Source of the DNA: Phaeosaccion multiseriatum
Taxonomy: Eukaryota; Protista; Ochrophyta, other classes
Assembly: GCA_965112735.1 (NCBI GenBank)
Contig: OZ218952.1
Coordinates: forward strand, 434,001-498,000
Reading direction: 5' to 3'
DNA length: 64,000 bases
Positions 21,301 to 34,127 of the stretch are shown here, in pieces (position 1 is the stretch's first letter; every line of letters begins with the position of its first letter). The position numbers and the translations under genes were made by a program. The notes under the pieces were generated by a model that had not been told where the DNA came from, did no database searches, and saw only the letters and a list, made by a program, of their open reading frames with translations.

Positions 21301-22253
21301 CGAGCAAGGAAGGGGGAAGGGAAGGGCAGGAGAAAGGAGAATACGAATAAGAATGGTTGGAAAGGACAAGGGGGTGTGTGTGCTCCATGACTACTACTAC
21401 TCTACTATCACTACGATTCCTACCACTGTGTACTATTCCTACGATTACTTCTCTTTTCTATACCACCCAACTACCTTTTCTACACCACCACCACCACCAC
21501 CACCACCACCACCACCACTACCACCACCTACTGCTACTACCCCGTGGCCTTCTCTCGGGCGAACGCCCCTACTCACCGGGTCAGCGAAGAGATTGTAGAG
21601 GAACCCCTCTACGTCCTCCGCCGTCTCCGGCCCTCCCAAGTTGAGCAGCAACACGCCCACTTTGATCTCCTGCTGGGCGCTGCTTCTGGTGCCTGACGCA
21701 GAAGAGGAGGACATTGCCTCACTCGCGTCCGTTAGGGACACGCCCTCGACCACGGGGGCGAGCGCAGACTTGAGAGAGGTGGAGGTCTCGCCGCCGCTGC
21801 CGCTGTTGCTTCTGGCGCTGCTGCTGCTGCTGCTGCTGCTACTACGACTACTGCTGCTGCTGATGTCCAGTACTCTTGCCCGAGTGAGCGGCCAAGGAGT
21901 CCCTACCGGTGACCGAGGAGGCGCCGATCCGGATGCCGTCGACGAGGAGTGGGGAGGCAGAACTGAGAGTGACGAAGGTGGGTGGTGGCGGTGGTGGTGG
22001 TGGTGGTGGTGGTGGTGGTGAAACGCAGGACCACGGCTGCTGCGGCAGCTGCTGTTGGGGGTGGTGGTGGAGGGGTTGCATGAGCTACCCCCGCTATCAT
22101 CTATAAAGGCCCTTCCTGCTCCGGATGAGGGGGCGGTGGAAAGGGTGAACGCGCTCACTCCTGCTGAGCAAAGGAGAGTCTGTAGAGGGGGAGGAGTTCA
22201 GGCAGCAACGGGTCGAGTCAGAGGTAGAAGAGGCACAGCACCATCATCTTCAT
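18383..22253 (-). CDS. hemH: Plastid protoporphyrin ferrochelatase with C-terminal CAB-like helix
   Basis: [93 protein letters not shown] and WRRVPALN across ~6 exons. A GVSA^FTL plastid cleavage-like motif lies near 22150. The start codon is uncertain. Confidence 0.95.
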
Positions 22254-23277
22254 GGGTGTCTTAAAGGCGCATTGCAGTGCAGTGGGCGGAGACGGCTTGT
22301 GCAGAAAGCCTCGCGAACATTGTGTCAAGAAAAGGTCTCAGGGGCACCAGCTTGAGAGTTCCGTACACGCTTTCCCGCGCCCACTCCGCGCTACTTCAAT
22401 CCCTTCCCGTCTGGCTGGCCGACAGCACGCCTCTTTTTTCATCCCTTCTTCATTCCCCCTCACCCCACCGTCTGACTCAATTACCGTACCTGCGCCACAC
22501 CCAGGGCGAGGGCTAGCGTTAATGTGCACAAGACCGAGGCTCCGCGGCGGGACTCCAGTCCCCTGCTCTCTCTAGCCTGCCTCCTTCCTCCCTGCCTCCC
22601 TGCTGCGTGCTGTGGTCCATGTTGATGTTGGTGCTGCTGGTGTTGCAGCAGCTGTCGCCCAACCTCCCTGCCCCGCCCATTCTGTTCGTGACTATTTAAT
22701 GGCCGTGAAAGCGAGACGGATGCCGCCCAGCCTACCACAGCCCGCCCCCCAGCTGCTCTACGACAACCGCGAGTCGGCATCCTCTAACTGCCCCCCACAG
22801 GGACGGCCCAGGCGAGTGGGGCTGGCAGGATACAAGCGTGCACTCTTTTCTTCTTTTTTCAACCACAGGATTTCCCTTCCAGCCCCCGCTCCCTCGTACA
22901 GCGAGATACCTGCGGTGCGCCCACAGCGAGGAGCTCAGCTGCGTTTTCTCTCTTTTCTTCCTCTTCCCAGCACTCTCGGAATGAACAAACGATCGGTGCG
23001 TGGAGTAGGCAGACGGCTGTACTAACGGGATGCGAAAGTGCAACTTCCAAAGCCAAGCAAGCCAAGAGAGAGAGTCCTCACAAAGCCTTGAAATCGTTTG
23101 ATAGCAGCTTCGCGGAGGGGACGACGGCAGCTACGCGCGTCGCAGAGAGCAGCAGCTCTCTCGCGTGGGCGAAGAAGGAAGATTTCGGTTTTGGGTGGCG
23201 TGGGCATCGTCAGGCAAAAAAAAATTTGCCCCCCCCTCTCTTCTTCTCTCTCTCTCTCTCCCTCGAACAAAAAAAAG

Positions 23278-24149
23278 ATGAACGCGTTGGCTCGGACAGG
23301 GTGCCCGCTGTGTCGGATGAGCCGGCTAAGGAGTATTCGGGCAGCAGCGGCGGAAGGCGCTCCTGCCGAGGGAGGCCTGTTTTCAATAGTGTCGTCGTCC
23401 GCCCCACCAGGCTCAGCAGCCCATGTTCGGGGAGGAGAAAGAAGGGCCGGGGGCGTGGTGGTAGCAGGCAAGAGGGGGCTCAGCTCTTTGCAGGAGGGGG
23501 GCAAGTACGACACTCTTCTGCCCCGCCCCACCAGCGAGGCCACCACGGCGGGGTACAAGTACGGCATCGACCCCGACATGCTCCGCGAGGTACATCCCGC
23601 CGTGCGTAAGGTGTTGACGCTCAACAACGCCAGCAACACGCACAGGATGCAGGCGGAGAAGGCTGCGAGGATTCAGGAGCATCAGAGGAGAGAAGCGGAC
23701 ACGGGCTCTCCTGCGGCGCAAAGTGAGTCTTTGATTTGTTGTTGGTAGTGTGGAGAAGGCAAAATGGATTGCGCTTGTTTTCAGCTCAGCATGGAACCGG
23801 GATTGCACACAGCCTTTGCTTTTCCCCCGTTCGCTCACCACGCCCTTGTCCCCCCCCTCTCTCTCTCTCCCTCTCTTTTATCTCTCTCTCTCTCTCTCTC
23901 TCTCTCTTGGCCTCCCCACCTATACCCCTCTTGGTTGGTCCTCTGTCCTCTCCCGCAGTTGCGGCCATGACCGTCCGCCTGGAGAACCTGGGGCAGCATT
24001 GCAAGCAGTTCCGCAAGGACAAGCACTCCATGCGGGGCATGACCCTGCTCGTGGCCAGGCGGAGGCGCATGATGCAGTACCTCAAGAGGACAGACTTTGA
24101 CAGCTACCGGAAGTGCGTGCAGGAGCTCAACCTATCTCCAGTACGATAG
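23278..24149 (+). CDS. rps15: Organellar (likely mitochondrial) ribosomal protein uS15
   Basis: Two exons (intron ~23723-23958). DTGSPAAQ|VAAMTVRL..L..H....RKDKHSMRGM..LV.RRRRMMQYL is the S15 signature. The N-terminal extension is Arg-rich. Confidence 0.92.
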
Positions 24150-25424
24150 GTTAGTTTAGAAGTTGGTAGATTAGTTTAGGCAGCCCGCCTGACAGCATTC
24201 CTCCTGAAGAGTGATGTCGCTTGCAATGTTGCAATGTTTGTCTGTCCAAAGGCAAGGCCAGTCAAGTACTTCATAGTAGAACGAACACGAAGAGAGGGCC
24301 GTATGAGCGCACACCTCGCTTAACCCCCCCCTCGCAACGGACATGCCCACATGAAATGGATCCTCTCTCTCTCGCTCTCCACCGTAAATCGAATTGCTCG
24401 GGTGTTGTGAGGGAGGGTAGCTCGCACTTTCTGCCCGACTCTTCTTCCGGGTGGTGGAGTGCTCGAAATCAGCCCTTATGGACGCGTTTATAAGTATACG
24501 GACATCTCTTTATCAACATGGTAATACTCTCTGTGCTGTGTTTTCCGTCGCGTGCTGCTACTGTACCCGTATCAGCCTTTACTATTCCTTTTCCCATCGC
24601 CCCTTTCCCACGGGCCGCCTCTCCTCCTCCCCTTCCCCTCCGTGGACTTCAAGATCGCACTGCGGCGGCTCTTCTCTCTCCTCCACTCTCGCCCTCAGCG
24701 CATGAGCGGGCGCGTGCGCGAGTGACCACCCGCAGCAGGTGGTAGTTTGTGACGCTGGGGGTGAGACAAATCGTCGAGAAGCAAGATGGTAGAGCCATGA
24801 AGACGAAGGGCTATGCGTTTCCGGGCTTGCATCGACCTGCATGAGGGGACAGTGAAGCAAATCGTAGGCTCCATACTGTACTCTCCACATCACGCACGCA
24901 CACACGCACGCACACACACACACACACGCACACACACCACAACCCCCTAACCCACGGCATCGCTATAGAGAGTTAGCTCCCTCTCGTTGGTGTGTCATAG
25001 TCTATGCAGCCGCTTCATCCAGACCTGCGTCGTCTTGTTTACATAGAACGAGTCCTATTTACAGCTGGGGGCTGGGGGCTCCTCCCTCACCAGTGTGGCT
25101 CTCTCTCTCTCCTTCGAGTGAATCGTAACGACAGATACATCATATGGCTACATACATAGTCAGATCACGCCCTCCAGCAGGCGCGTTGACACACCACACC
25201 GAGGGCGTCACACTCGATGCCCAACGCATCCGCCGAAGGATGCCCACCTCCCTCCCTCCCGAGCTCATCATGGTGTCTACTCCCGCTCCATAGACTTTAT
25301 CGGGCCTCCGGTAGGAGCTGCAGAAACATCAGCTTCACCATCAGGGCTCTCCTCACACTCCGAGACAGAAAGACAGGAAACTCCATCATCAAACTCACTC
25401 CCCTTCAGAGAAGAGTGTGCATAC

Positions 25425-25459
<35 letters not shown>

Positions 25460-25507
25460 CACCCCCAGCCGAGACAGAATGGGAAGTCAAACACCGGCCG
25501 GTTCCGT

Positions 25508-27289
25508 CTACTTCCCACCCGCGATTCGCATCACCACCCTCCCCGGGTTGAGCTCATCTTCCCATACTTCGACGCCCGGCCGCTCCTGCAAGTAGGCCAG
25601 CACCACGGGCCTGAGAACGCTGACGCCGTCCTCGCTGCCTCGGCCCCGGCCTGTGATGACTTGGATCTCACCCTCCACCTTCTCCACTGAGAGCACATGA
25701 CGAAGCGCTGCCTTGCTCGTTCCCCTGTTAAAGTCGTGCAAGTCCATCCCCTGCCCAGGCACCAGCCAGTGTTTCAGGACCCCTTGCGAAATAGCCCCTG
25801 CGTACAGCTCGGCAGCAGCCTTCTCGTCGCCACCTTCCTGCAAAACGTCAATCGTAACGCAGTAGATCCACTTGTCAGGGGTGATTCCTTCCTCCTTCAT
25901 CTCATTGAAGAGCTTCAGGGCCTCCGTATGGTGGTTGTCGTTGCCACACGCTGTAATTGCTGCACTGTAGCTGATAATTTCTGGCTTCAGTCCTACCGCC
26001 TTCATCTCATCGAAGAGCTTCAGGGCCTCCACATGGTTACCGTCATTGCCACACGCTGTTATTGCTGCACTGTAGCTGATAACATTTGGCTTGAGTCCTA
26101 CCGCCTTCATCTCATTGAAGAGCTTCAGGGCCTCCACATGGTTGTTGTCGTTGCCACACGCTGTAATTGCTGCACTGTAGCTGATAACATTTGGCTTGAG
26201 TCCTACCGCCTTCATCTCATTGAATAGCTTCAGGGCCTCCACATGGTTGTTGTCTTTGCCACACGCTGTAATTGCTGCACTGTAGCTGATAACATTCGGC
26301 TTGAGTCCTACCGCCTTCATCTCATTGAAGAGCTTCAGGGCTTCCACATGGTTGTCGTTGCCACACGCTGTAATTGCTGCACTGTAGCTGATAACATTCG
26401 GCTTGAGTCCTACCGCCTTCATCTCCTGGAGTAGCTTCAGGGCCTCCACGTGGTTGTTGTCGTTGCCACACGCTGTAATTGCTGCACTGTAGCTGATAAT
26501 ATTCGGCTTGAGTCCTACCGCCTTCATCTCATTGAATAGCTTCAGGGCCTCCACATGGTTGTTGTCGTTGCCACACGCTGTAATTGCTGCACTGTAGCTG
26601 ATCACATCCGGCTTGAGTCCTACCGCTTTCATCTCCTTGAATAGCTTCAGGGCCTCGACGTGGTTGTTGTCGTTGCCACACGCAGTAATCATGGTATTGA
26701 AGCTGATAACATTCGGCTTGAGTCCAACCGCCTTCATCTCGTTGAATATCCTCAGGGCCTCCACGTGGTTGTTGTCGTTGGCACATGCAGTAATTGCTGC
26801 ACTGTAGCTGATCACATCTGGCTTGAGTCCCGCCGCCTTAATCTCCCTGAGCAGTCGCAAGGCCTCCACGTGGTTCTTGCCGTTCGCACACGCGGTAATG
26901 ACTGCAGTGTAGCAGCGCTCATTCGGTTCAATGCCTTCCTTCTTCATCTCTTCCAGAAGTTTCAAAGCGCCCTTCCACCGCCCGCACTTACCAATCGCGG
27001 AAATCGCAGCGCTCAAACAGTACAGATCGGGCTGCAGCCCCCCTCGCCGTGCGCGTTCTAGAGTAGGTGCAACTCTCTTCCAGTCCCTGCTTGCACCGAG
27101 AGCTTGGATCTCTCTCATGAGCTGCATCTGCCTCGCCTTGTCACTCCCCCCTCTCCCATGAGAGTAGCAGGACCATTGTGGAAGGGAGAGAGAGGCGGTG
27201 CTTCCTGATGGTCTTGCCTTCATGCTAATGCAGGAGGATTCGCAGGTCCTGACCACCCCCCTCAACGACATCACTCGCATCATCAGCAT
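25508..27289 (-). CDS. Intronless P-class PPR protein (~12 repeats) with C-terminal SMR (small MutS-related) domain
   Basis: 593-aa ORF with 35-aa repeats VISYSAAITACGNDNNHVEALKLFNEMKAVGLKPN. The C-terminus carries MDLHDF...QVITGRGRGS...LRPVVLAYL...NPGRV (SMR). The N-terminus resembles a transit peptide. Confidence 0.95.
   Translation of the reverse strand: MLMMRVMSLRGVVRTCESSCISMKARPSGSTASLSLPQWSCYSHGRGGSDKARQMQLMREIQALGASRDWKRVAPTLERARRGGLQPDLYCLSAAISAIGKCGRWKGALKLLEEMKKEGIEPNERCYTAVITACANGKNHVEALRLLREIKAAGLKPDVISYSAAITACANDNNHVEALRIFNEMKAVGLKPNVISFNTMITACGNDNNHVEALKLFKEMKAVGLKPDVISYSAAITACGNDNNHVEALKLFNEMKAVGLKPNIISYSAAITACGNDNNHVEALKLLQEMKAVGLKPNVISYSAAITACGNDNHVEALKLFNEMKAVGLKPNVISYSAAITACGKDNNHVEALKLFNEMKAVGLKPNVISYSAAITACGNDNNHVEALKLFNEMKAVGLKPNVISYSAAITACGNDGNHVEALKLFDEMKAVGLKPEIISYSAAITACGNDNHHTEALKLFNEMKEEGITPDKWIYCVTIDVLQEGGDEKAAAELYAGAISQGVLKHWLVPGQGMDLHDFNRGTSKAALRHVLSVEKVEGEIQVITGRGRGSEDGVSVLRPVVLAYLQERPGVEVWEDELNPGRVVMRIAGGK
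25874..26815 (-). repeat. 105-bp coding tandem repeat, 9 near-identical units (PPR repeats 3-11)
   Basis: DNA blocks such as gctgtaattgctgcactgtagctgat and ggcttgagtcctaccgccttcatctc recur every 105 bp; one unit is 102 bp. Confidence 0.95.
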
Positions 27290-27427
27290 CGCTCAGGGAG
27301 TGAAAGGAATCGGAAAGAAAGGGAGGGAAAAGGAAAAGAGGAAAAGAGGATGGCAGCAGATGGGGAAATCATGCGCTTACTCCCGATCCTTCACCTTTCC
27401 CCGCGGCCCCGTGTTGACGGATAGTGT

Positions 27428-28623
27428 ATGACACAGCAGAAGCAGCCTATGCATTGCTCTGCTGCATCCTCTATCGCTGCTGTGAATCCGTGGCGCAGCT
27501 GGAAGAGGGGAACCCCTCTTTCCTTTTTGCTGCTCCTGGGTACGAGCAGCTTGGGAGCGAGGAGGGCAGCAGCGTTCCGAGTCACTGGAGGCTGCTTGCG
27601 CGTGAGTGGTAAAAGTAGCGGAAGCAGCCGAAGGAGTGTGGCCTGGAGTGGTCGCAACAGTCTCTCGCAAATGGGAAGACACGCCAAGCGGCCCAGGAAG
27701 GGTTTGGCCACGGCTGGAGAGGATGTGCCTCGCCGGAAGCCGCTGCTATCTTCTGATACGTACGAGACGCTTCGGACCCTCGTGGTGAGACTGCGGTGAT
27801 AGCCGAGTTTGGAAATGGATGAGAGGGGCTCCTTACGGGGGCCAGTATAGTCTTGCTTGCGATGATATTCAACGCCCCCCCTCCTCCTCCCCCCGCTCTT
27901 CACGCCACCTCCCTCGCGTTCCCAGGTACCGAGTACCCCTCCCATAGCTCCGGGAGGAGGAGAAGTATCAGCACAAGAACTAGCGCCAGCAGCAGCTGGT
28001 GATGCTGGCTCTGCTGTCCAAGCACCTGGATACCCCATGCCCGTGTACAAGTTCGTGCACTACTCCTGCTCTGACCTCTTCCCCACCATCAACTCCGCCC
28101 GAAAGGCCGTCAATCGAGGTCTTGTACTCGTGGACGGGTACTTTAGCAAGAACGATCTCCACGTCGAAGTGGGGCAAACCATTGTGGTCAGTGTCAAGTG
28201 TCAGTCCATATGTCACGTGCCAAGTGTGTATAGGGTCAAATGTCCTGTGTGAGTATGAGGGCTTGATTCACGTACTCACCACACACCACGCCCCACCCTT
28301 CCTCACAAGGCCGAGCTGGGCCGTGCTGCCCGCTCCGTGTTGATGGCACCTTCTTTGCTTGTCGTCCTACCGCTCACCAAGAAAGTCTCGAGCCTGCCCT
28401 CCCACCCTTTCTCCTATCTGCCCCTCCCACCCCCCGCCCTCCTGGCCTCCTACCCTCTCTTCTCTGCCTCTTTCAACCCCCTCCCCTCCCCTCCCCTCCC
28501 CTCCTCCGATGGACACATGTTTCCTGACATGTCCAACCCCCCCACTTCCCCTGACCCTGACCCTAACCCTGACCCTGACCCTGACCCTATGCCTCTCACA
28601 CCCGTACGTGGCCCTATTGCATG

Positions 28624-28659
<36 letters not shown>

Positions 28660-31577
28660 TACACATACATACACACATATACACAGATCCGGCGGCGGTC
28701 GAAGCCGAACGCCGTGCTACCCCCGCCCCACAACCTTCCCTACACCCTCGAGGTGCTGGCGGAGGACGATGACTTCGCCTGTGTAGTCAAGCCTGCAGGG
28801 GTACTTGTGCACGGAGGGAAGCTCAGCGAGGTAAAAGAAAGAAAGAGGGAGAGAGAGACACAGACAGAGAGAAAGAGGGGGGAGTGTGTTTAGTTTCTTG
28901 AAAACCGAGAGGAGCTTGTTGACCCGTTCGCCCGCCCACCTGCCCCTCTCATTTTGGCTGCGTGTGGTGTGCAGGTTCTGAGCAAGGAAGAGGCGAACAA
29001 GTATCAATTCACCTCTGCCGCCGTCGCATCTGTCACCAGCAGCACTCCTCCGGCAGACGAAGACGAGGAGAAGGAGGAGGACGGGGGGGAGGAAAGGAGG
29101 CAAGAAGAGCGGGAAGGCGGAGGCGGAGGTGGAGAGAAGGGCGAGAAGCCCAAACTCAAGCAACCAGCTCTCGACCCCAACCGTTCGAATCCCATCAACG
29201 CTCTTCTCTACCCTAAGATTTCGAGTGTGCTGCTGCACTTTCTCTCCCCCTCCAAGTCGAGGGAAGACCCTCTGAAGACTCCCGCGCCTGTCCACAGACT
29301 GGACGCACCCACCGGGGGGGTGTTGCTGTGTGCCAAGACGAGAGGAGCGCAGAGGGCCTTCTCGGATGCATTTGAGCAACGGTTGGTGCAGAAGCGGTAC
29401 CGAGCTCTGGTGCATGGAGGGGGAATGCCCCCCACAGGTACGATTATTGTATTGTAGACAACCAACTCGCAAACGTATGGAAAGAACTGACTAAGTATCC
29501 CTTGACGACTAAGCTTTCCCTCCCCCGCCGCTCGTCCGCTCATTGGCTTGTTGCTGCACTATCTGCTTGTAGGCACGATATCGGTGCCATTGAGCGGCAA
29601 GGAGGCCCTCACGCACTTTCAGACGCTGAGCACCACACAATCCCCCACAGCCGGAGGAAAGCTTACTCTCGGTGAGTCACTCCATCAGTCCGTCACTGAG
29701 TCAATCAGTCAATCAGTCAATCAGTCACTCAGTCACTCAGTCCGTCTATCAATCAGTCAGTCGGTCAGTCAGTCAATCAATAGTCAATCAATCATCAGTT
29801 ATTCAGACATTGAAGGGTTGACGTTACCACCTCTAAGGGATGGCGAAGCACGGCGAAGCACCCAGCCTTTGGATCGAAGGGTTGGGTCGAGGAGTGGGTA
29901 GGAGGGTTCCATCCAGTCTGTGCAGAGGGCAGTATTCGGTACTTGAACCCGATGATCTCTCAGTCAGTGATGTGATGTGACTGAAGGCTAACCCCCTCTT
30001 CCGCCTGCCTGCTACTCGCTGTGCCTTCTCCTCTCGCTGGCGTGCTACCGCCCCCCCTCGACGTCTTGCTTTGTTCGGCCCGACCTTTGCCACAACGGTT
30101 TATTGTTTCCTACGCCCCAGTGGAGCTATATCCCAAGACCGGTGAGCAGGATATATCGCTTTTATCCTCACCACTCCACTTCACTCCTCTTCACTGCTTT
30201 ACTCTGTTCTCGGAGTGCAATACCACAACCGAACCCTAACCCACTCACTCATTCACACGCTCAGCTACTCACCCACCCACTCACTCACCCACTCACTCAG
30301 TCGCTCACTCACCCACTCACTCACCCACCCACTGCCAACACGCAGGGAGAACGCACCAGCTACGAAAGCATCTATCCGCCATCGGGCACCCTATTGTTGG
30401 CGACGACAAGTACATGCTCGCACCGGAGGAGCAACAGCAGCAGGAGGAGCCAATGCAGCTTGTGAGGGGGGAGGGGCTCTTCCTGTGGGCGGTGGGCATT
30501 AAACTTGCCCACCCCAAGGAGGGGGAGCCTGCCATTGACGTGAGCACGCAGGAACCAGACGCGTGGAAGCGCTGGATTGACGCAGAGCAGCTGCTGCACG
30601 ACCAGCAGGAGGAGAAGAAGAAGGAGGTGAGGGTGGGGGTGAGGGTGAGAATGAGGGGTGAGGGTGAGGGTGAGGGTGAGGATGAGACTGGGAGTGTTAA
30701 GAGGTCGTGAGTTGTGAGTGCGGCCTGCCTTGTCGGCTCAGCTAAGCTAACCGGGGCTACGATGGTGTGCGTGCGTCTGTGTTGTTGCCCCCTCGTGTAG
30801 GTGAGCGCCGAGGGGGCGGGGGATGCTCAGGCTCCGACGACGGGGGCTGCCCTGTTTAAGGATAACAAGCCACCGAAGATCGATGGGCTTCACACAGTGG
30901 AGAAGGATGGTGAGTGAGTGAGAGAGAGAGAGAGAGAGAGAGTGAGTGAGAGGGTATTGAATGAGAAAATGAATGAATGAGTGAGATTGAGAGAGAGGGG
31001 TGAGTTATGTGAGTGAGTGATTGAGTGAGAGAGTAACGAGTGAGAGAATGAATGAGTGAGATTGAGTGAGAGGGTGAACATGTGGGTTAGTGAGTGAGTG
31101 AGTGAGAGAGAGAGAGTAAGTGAGTGAGAGAATGAGTGAGTGAGAGAATGAGTGAATGAGTGAGAGTGAGTGAGAGTGAATAAGAGGGTGAATAAGTGAG
31201 TGAGTGAGTGAAAGAATGAGCGATGTGAGTCCTTTGCGAAGGAGTGCTTGCTCCCTTGCACCCACCCACCCGAGGCGGATCGTTTCCGCTTACATTTCTC
31301 ACACTCCGTACGTCCATGCACCCTCCTCTCGCGTGCCCTCCCCTTTCTCCCTTCCTCCTCTCCCCGTCCTCCTGCCCTCCTCCTGTCTTGTGCTCCCTTC
31401 TGCGGCTCATCGTGCCCCCCTCTCTCTCTCTTCACAGGCTTTCAATACTACCAATACAACTGGGATGATGCTGCGGCGGCTCAGCAGCAGCAGCAGCAGC
31501 AGGAGGAGGAGGAGGAGGCCGGGGGAGCTCCCTCGTCGGAGAGAGACAGCGCGGCGCCCCTCGAATCGACGTCTTGA
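27428..31577 (+). CDS. RluA/RluC/RluD-family pseudouridine synthase with S4-like domain
   Basis: SARKAVNRGLVLVDG (S4-like), VVKPAGVLVH, catalytic VHRLDAPTGG, QKRYRALV and PKT|GRTHQLRKHLSAIGHPIVGDDKY. The 5' and 3' exons are uncertain. Confidence 0.9.
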
Positions 31578-32547
31578 GCCATTCGCTACGAGTAGTCATC
31601 CACACGCTTGTATTCTGCTGAACACAAACCGTACACCCATTACTGGCCTTCGAAAGTCGGAAGTGACTATTTAAAATTGATGTTGGAGAGAAGAGACAAA
31701 GCGGCAGAGTGCTGATCATAGTTTCATTTTACTTACAGCTACAGCCCCAAGTAGTATTTTGTTTTCTCATCCTTTGTTCTCCCTTCCTTCTCTTTCCTTC
31801 TTTTTTGTACAGATCGAGATAGATCCTCACCAACAGAGCACCGTATCCTCTCCCAACAAGGCCTGTGATGCACAACCACACATACAGTAGAGCTCCCCGA
31901 CAAACAACACTAACAAAAGTAGGGCTTCTCCCGGTGGGTGGAAGGGAGAAAGGGGGAAGGCAGATAAGCGGGCAGGCGAGGCGGGTAGCAACCCCCCCCT
32001 CAGCTGTGCATCAACTTGCCTCCCCCTTTCTCGCAATCGCCCTGCCTCTCCCCACATTACCTTGATCACTCTCAGGGGCCCTTCGCGACACAGACGAAAG
32101 TGCCAATTCCTTTTCGCCCACTCACCATAACACGCGCAAAATTATGCCCGTAAAGTGACCAATTCACTTTACGGGCACCTTCACCACCGCCATAACATTC
32201 AACAGCCTCCTTGTACCAGCCTCCTTCTCCCCCCTCTCCTTCTCCCTCTCTTGTGTGTTTCTGTGTATGTGTGTCTCTATCTCTCGCGCTCTGCCCGGAG
32301 GAAGCCCCCCCCCCGGCCATCGCTGGCGATTTGACACACCCCTCCTCACTCACTGCCATCCCTCTTCCCTCTCTTTGAACAACGCGTATGTACATTCATC
32401 CCCAATCTTGTCACCACTGATTCCTGCTCCCCTCCCCTTCTTCTCTCTTGCTCTTCCCCAAAACAAGAGATGAAGAGAAAGAGAGGGCAGCAAGGACGGA
32501 CAGACGCGAGTGGCCTCTGTCTGTCAGCGCACTGACCCCCCTCCTAT

Positions 32548-34127
32548 TCACCAGCGCTGCTTCCTCCCCTTGGACCCCATCGGCAGCCCCCCGGCCCCTT
32601 CGTCCCCCAAAACAGGCTCTCCAACGCTGGAGTGCAACATCTTTCGAGCCGCCGTGTTGCCCAGTCCCCCAATGCCAAAGGCCGCGCCAATGCGCACGAA
32701 GCGCAGCGCCACAGCAGCGGGGTAGGTGGGTCCTATCCTCTTGAAACGGCTGGAGAGCGTAACGCCCGAGCCCTGGCGGTTGTACATGTCCAAACCCAGC
32801 AGGTGCATGGGCGTGAAGAGGAACTGTCCAAAGCCGGGGGTGAGCAGCTGAGCCATGGTGTCTGCGGACTTGGCATCCACCCTGCTCCTGGTCTGGATCT
32901 GCTTGCTCACAGAGTCGGGCAGTGTGAAGCTGGAAGCCATGGTGGCGCAGTCTCGCAGCGTAAAGAGCGTGTAGCTCATCAGAGGCACGCTCGCCGTGGC
33001 GCCCCCTGTCAAGCCGAACATCTTGGCAATGGCCAGGTCCTTTGCGATGCCCGCGGGTAGGTTGACCACAGTGGTGCCCACAAACTTGGGCAGCAAGCTA
33101 CTGCAGCCTCTGCTCTCGCACATCGAGGTCACTACATTGGCCGCGAGGTAGGTGGCGCTGTACAGGCCCCAGGTCCAGAGGAACTCGGGCCGGGCCAGGA
33201 AGGACGCGGGGCTGAAGACGAGGTCCCGGGCTGCCTGGCGCAGACACGTGCCCATGCCCATGGCGCCGCTTGCACTGGCGATGATGCTTCGGTCCACCAC
33301 AGTCACAAAGGGAGCGACTGCGAAGGCCGCCGCACCGGCAGCCAGTGTGTCTGCCCCAAGCTGCTTTACCCACCGTGGGATCATCCTCAGGGGGTGGAAG
33401 CCCTCGTGCGGGTGTCTACTCCTTCCACTACTGGAGGCCCAAAGTTCGTCCTGCTGTTGCTGTTGCTGCTGCTGCTGCTGCTGCTGCTCTTGTTGTTGCT
33501 GCGCTGCTTCCTCCCCCTCGCGCGGGATCCTAACCGGGCTGTGGTGCGGGATGCCCTCCCACAGGTCACTAAGGGCCTGCCCGACCGAGCTGAGAGACAG
33601 AAGGGAGAAGTACAAGCAAGCAGAGAAGTCCTGGTTAGAATACTTTTTCAAGGCAGACTGCCACGAAGGCGAGACACAAGAGGCGGAAGATGCCATGAAT
33701 ATAACCCATCCTTGCCCTCGCCCCCTGCCCTGCCTCCCCGCCCTTCACCGCCCTCCACCGGGCATCCTTCCAAAGAACGAAAAGACTCAAAAAACGCGGG
33801 AGATTAACAGACCATTGTGAATAGCAGCCCATCTCTGCCCTTGCCCCCCCCCCCCGCCTCTCCGCCCCCTCACCTGACGTCATCCTGCTGCCTCTGCCTT
33901 CTCGTGCCCGCCGGCGAGCCTCTTCGAGCCTGGCGAGGCAGCTGGACGGGAACAGTCTCAGAGTGCGGCCGAATGGAAATTTCGGCCTTGGCCTGGATCA
34001 GCAGCATGGGCAGCGCGCACATGGCAGCCGCTAGCACAATGCCCACCCCTCTCCTCCTCTTGCTGCCTCCGCTGCGCCCCCCTCCCATGCATCGTCTCCG
34101 CCCGCCGCTGTCACCCGTGCTGGACAT
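32548..34127 (-). CDS. Mitochondrial-carrier-like multi-pass membrane protein of unknown function
   Basis: APFVTVVDRSII, YTLFTLRDCATMASSFTLP, AQLLTPGFGQFLFTPMHLLGLDMYNR and RIGAAFGIGGLGN resemble a conserved uncharacterised fungal/protist family with degenerate Px[DE]xx[KR] helices (from recall). First exon ~34127-33874 is inferred. Confidence 0.65.

Noticed and set aside
28549-28590. Interstitial telomere (CCCTGA/CCCTAA)
   Set aside because: Only ~7 units, mostly CCCTGA; unremarkable in a microsatellite-dense intron.
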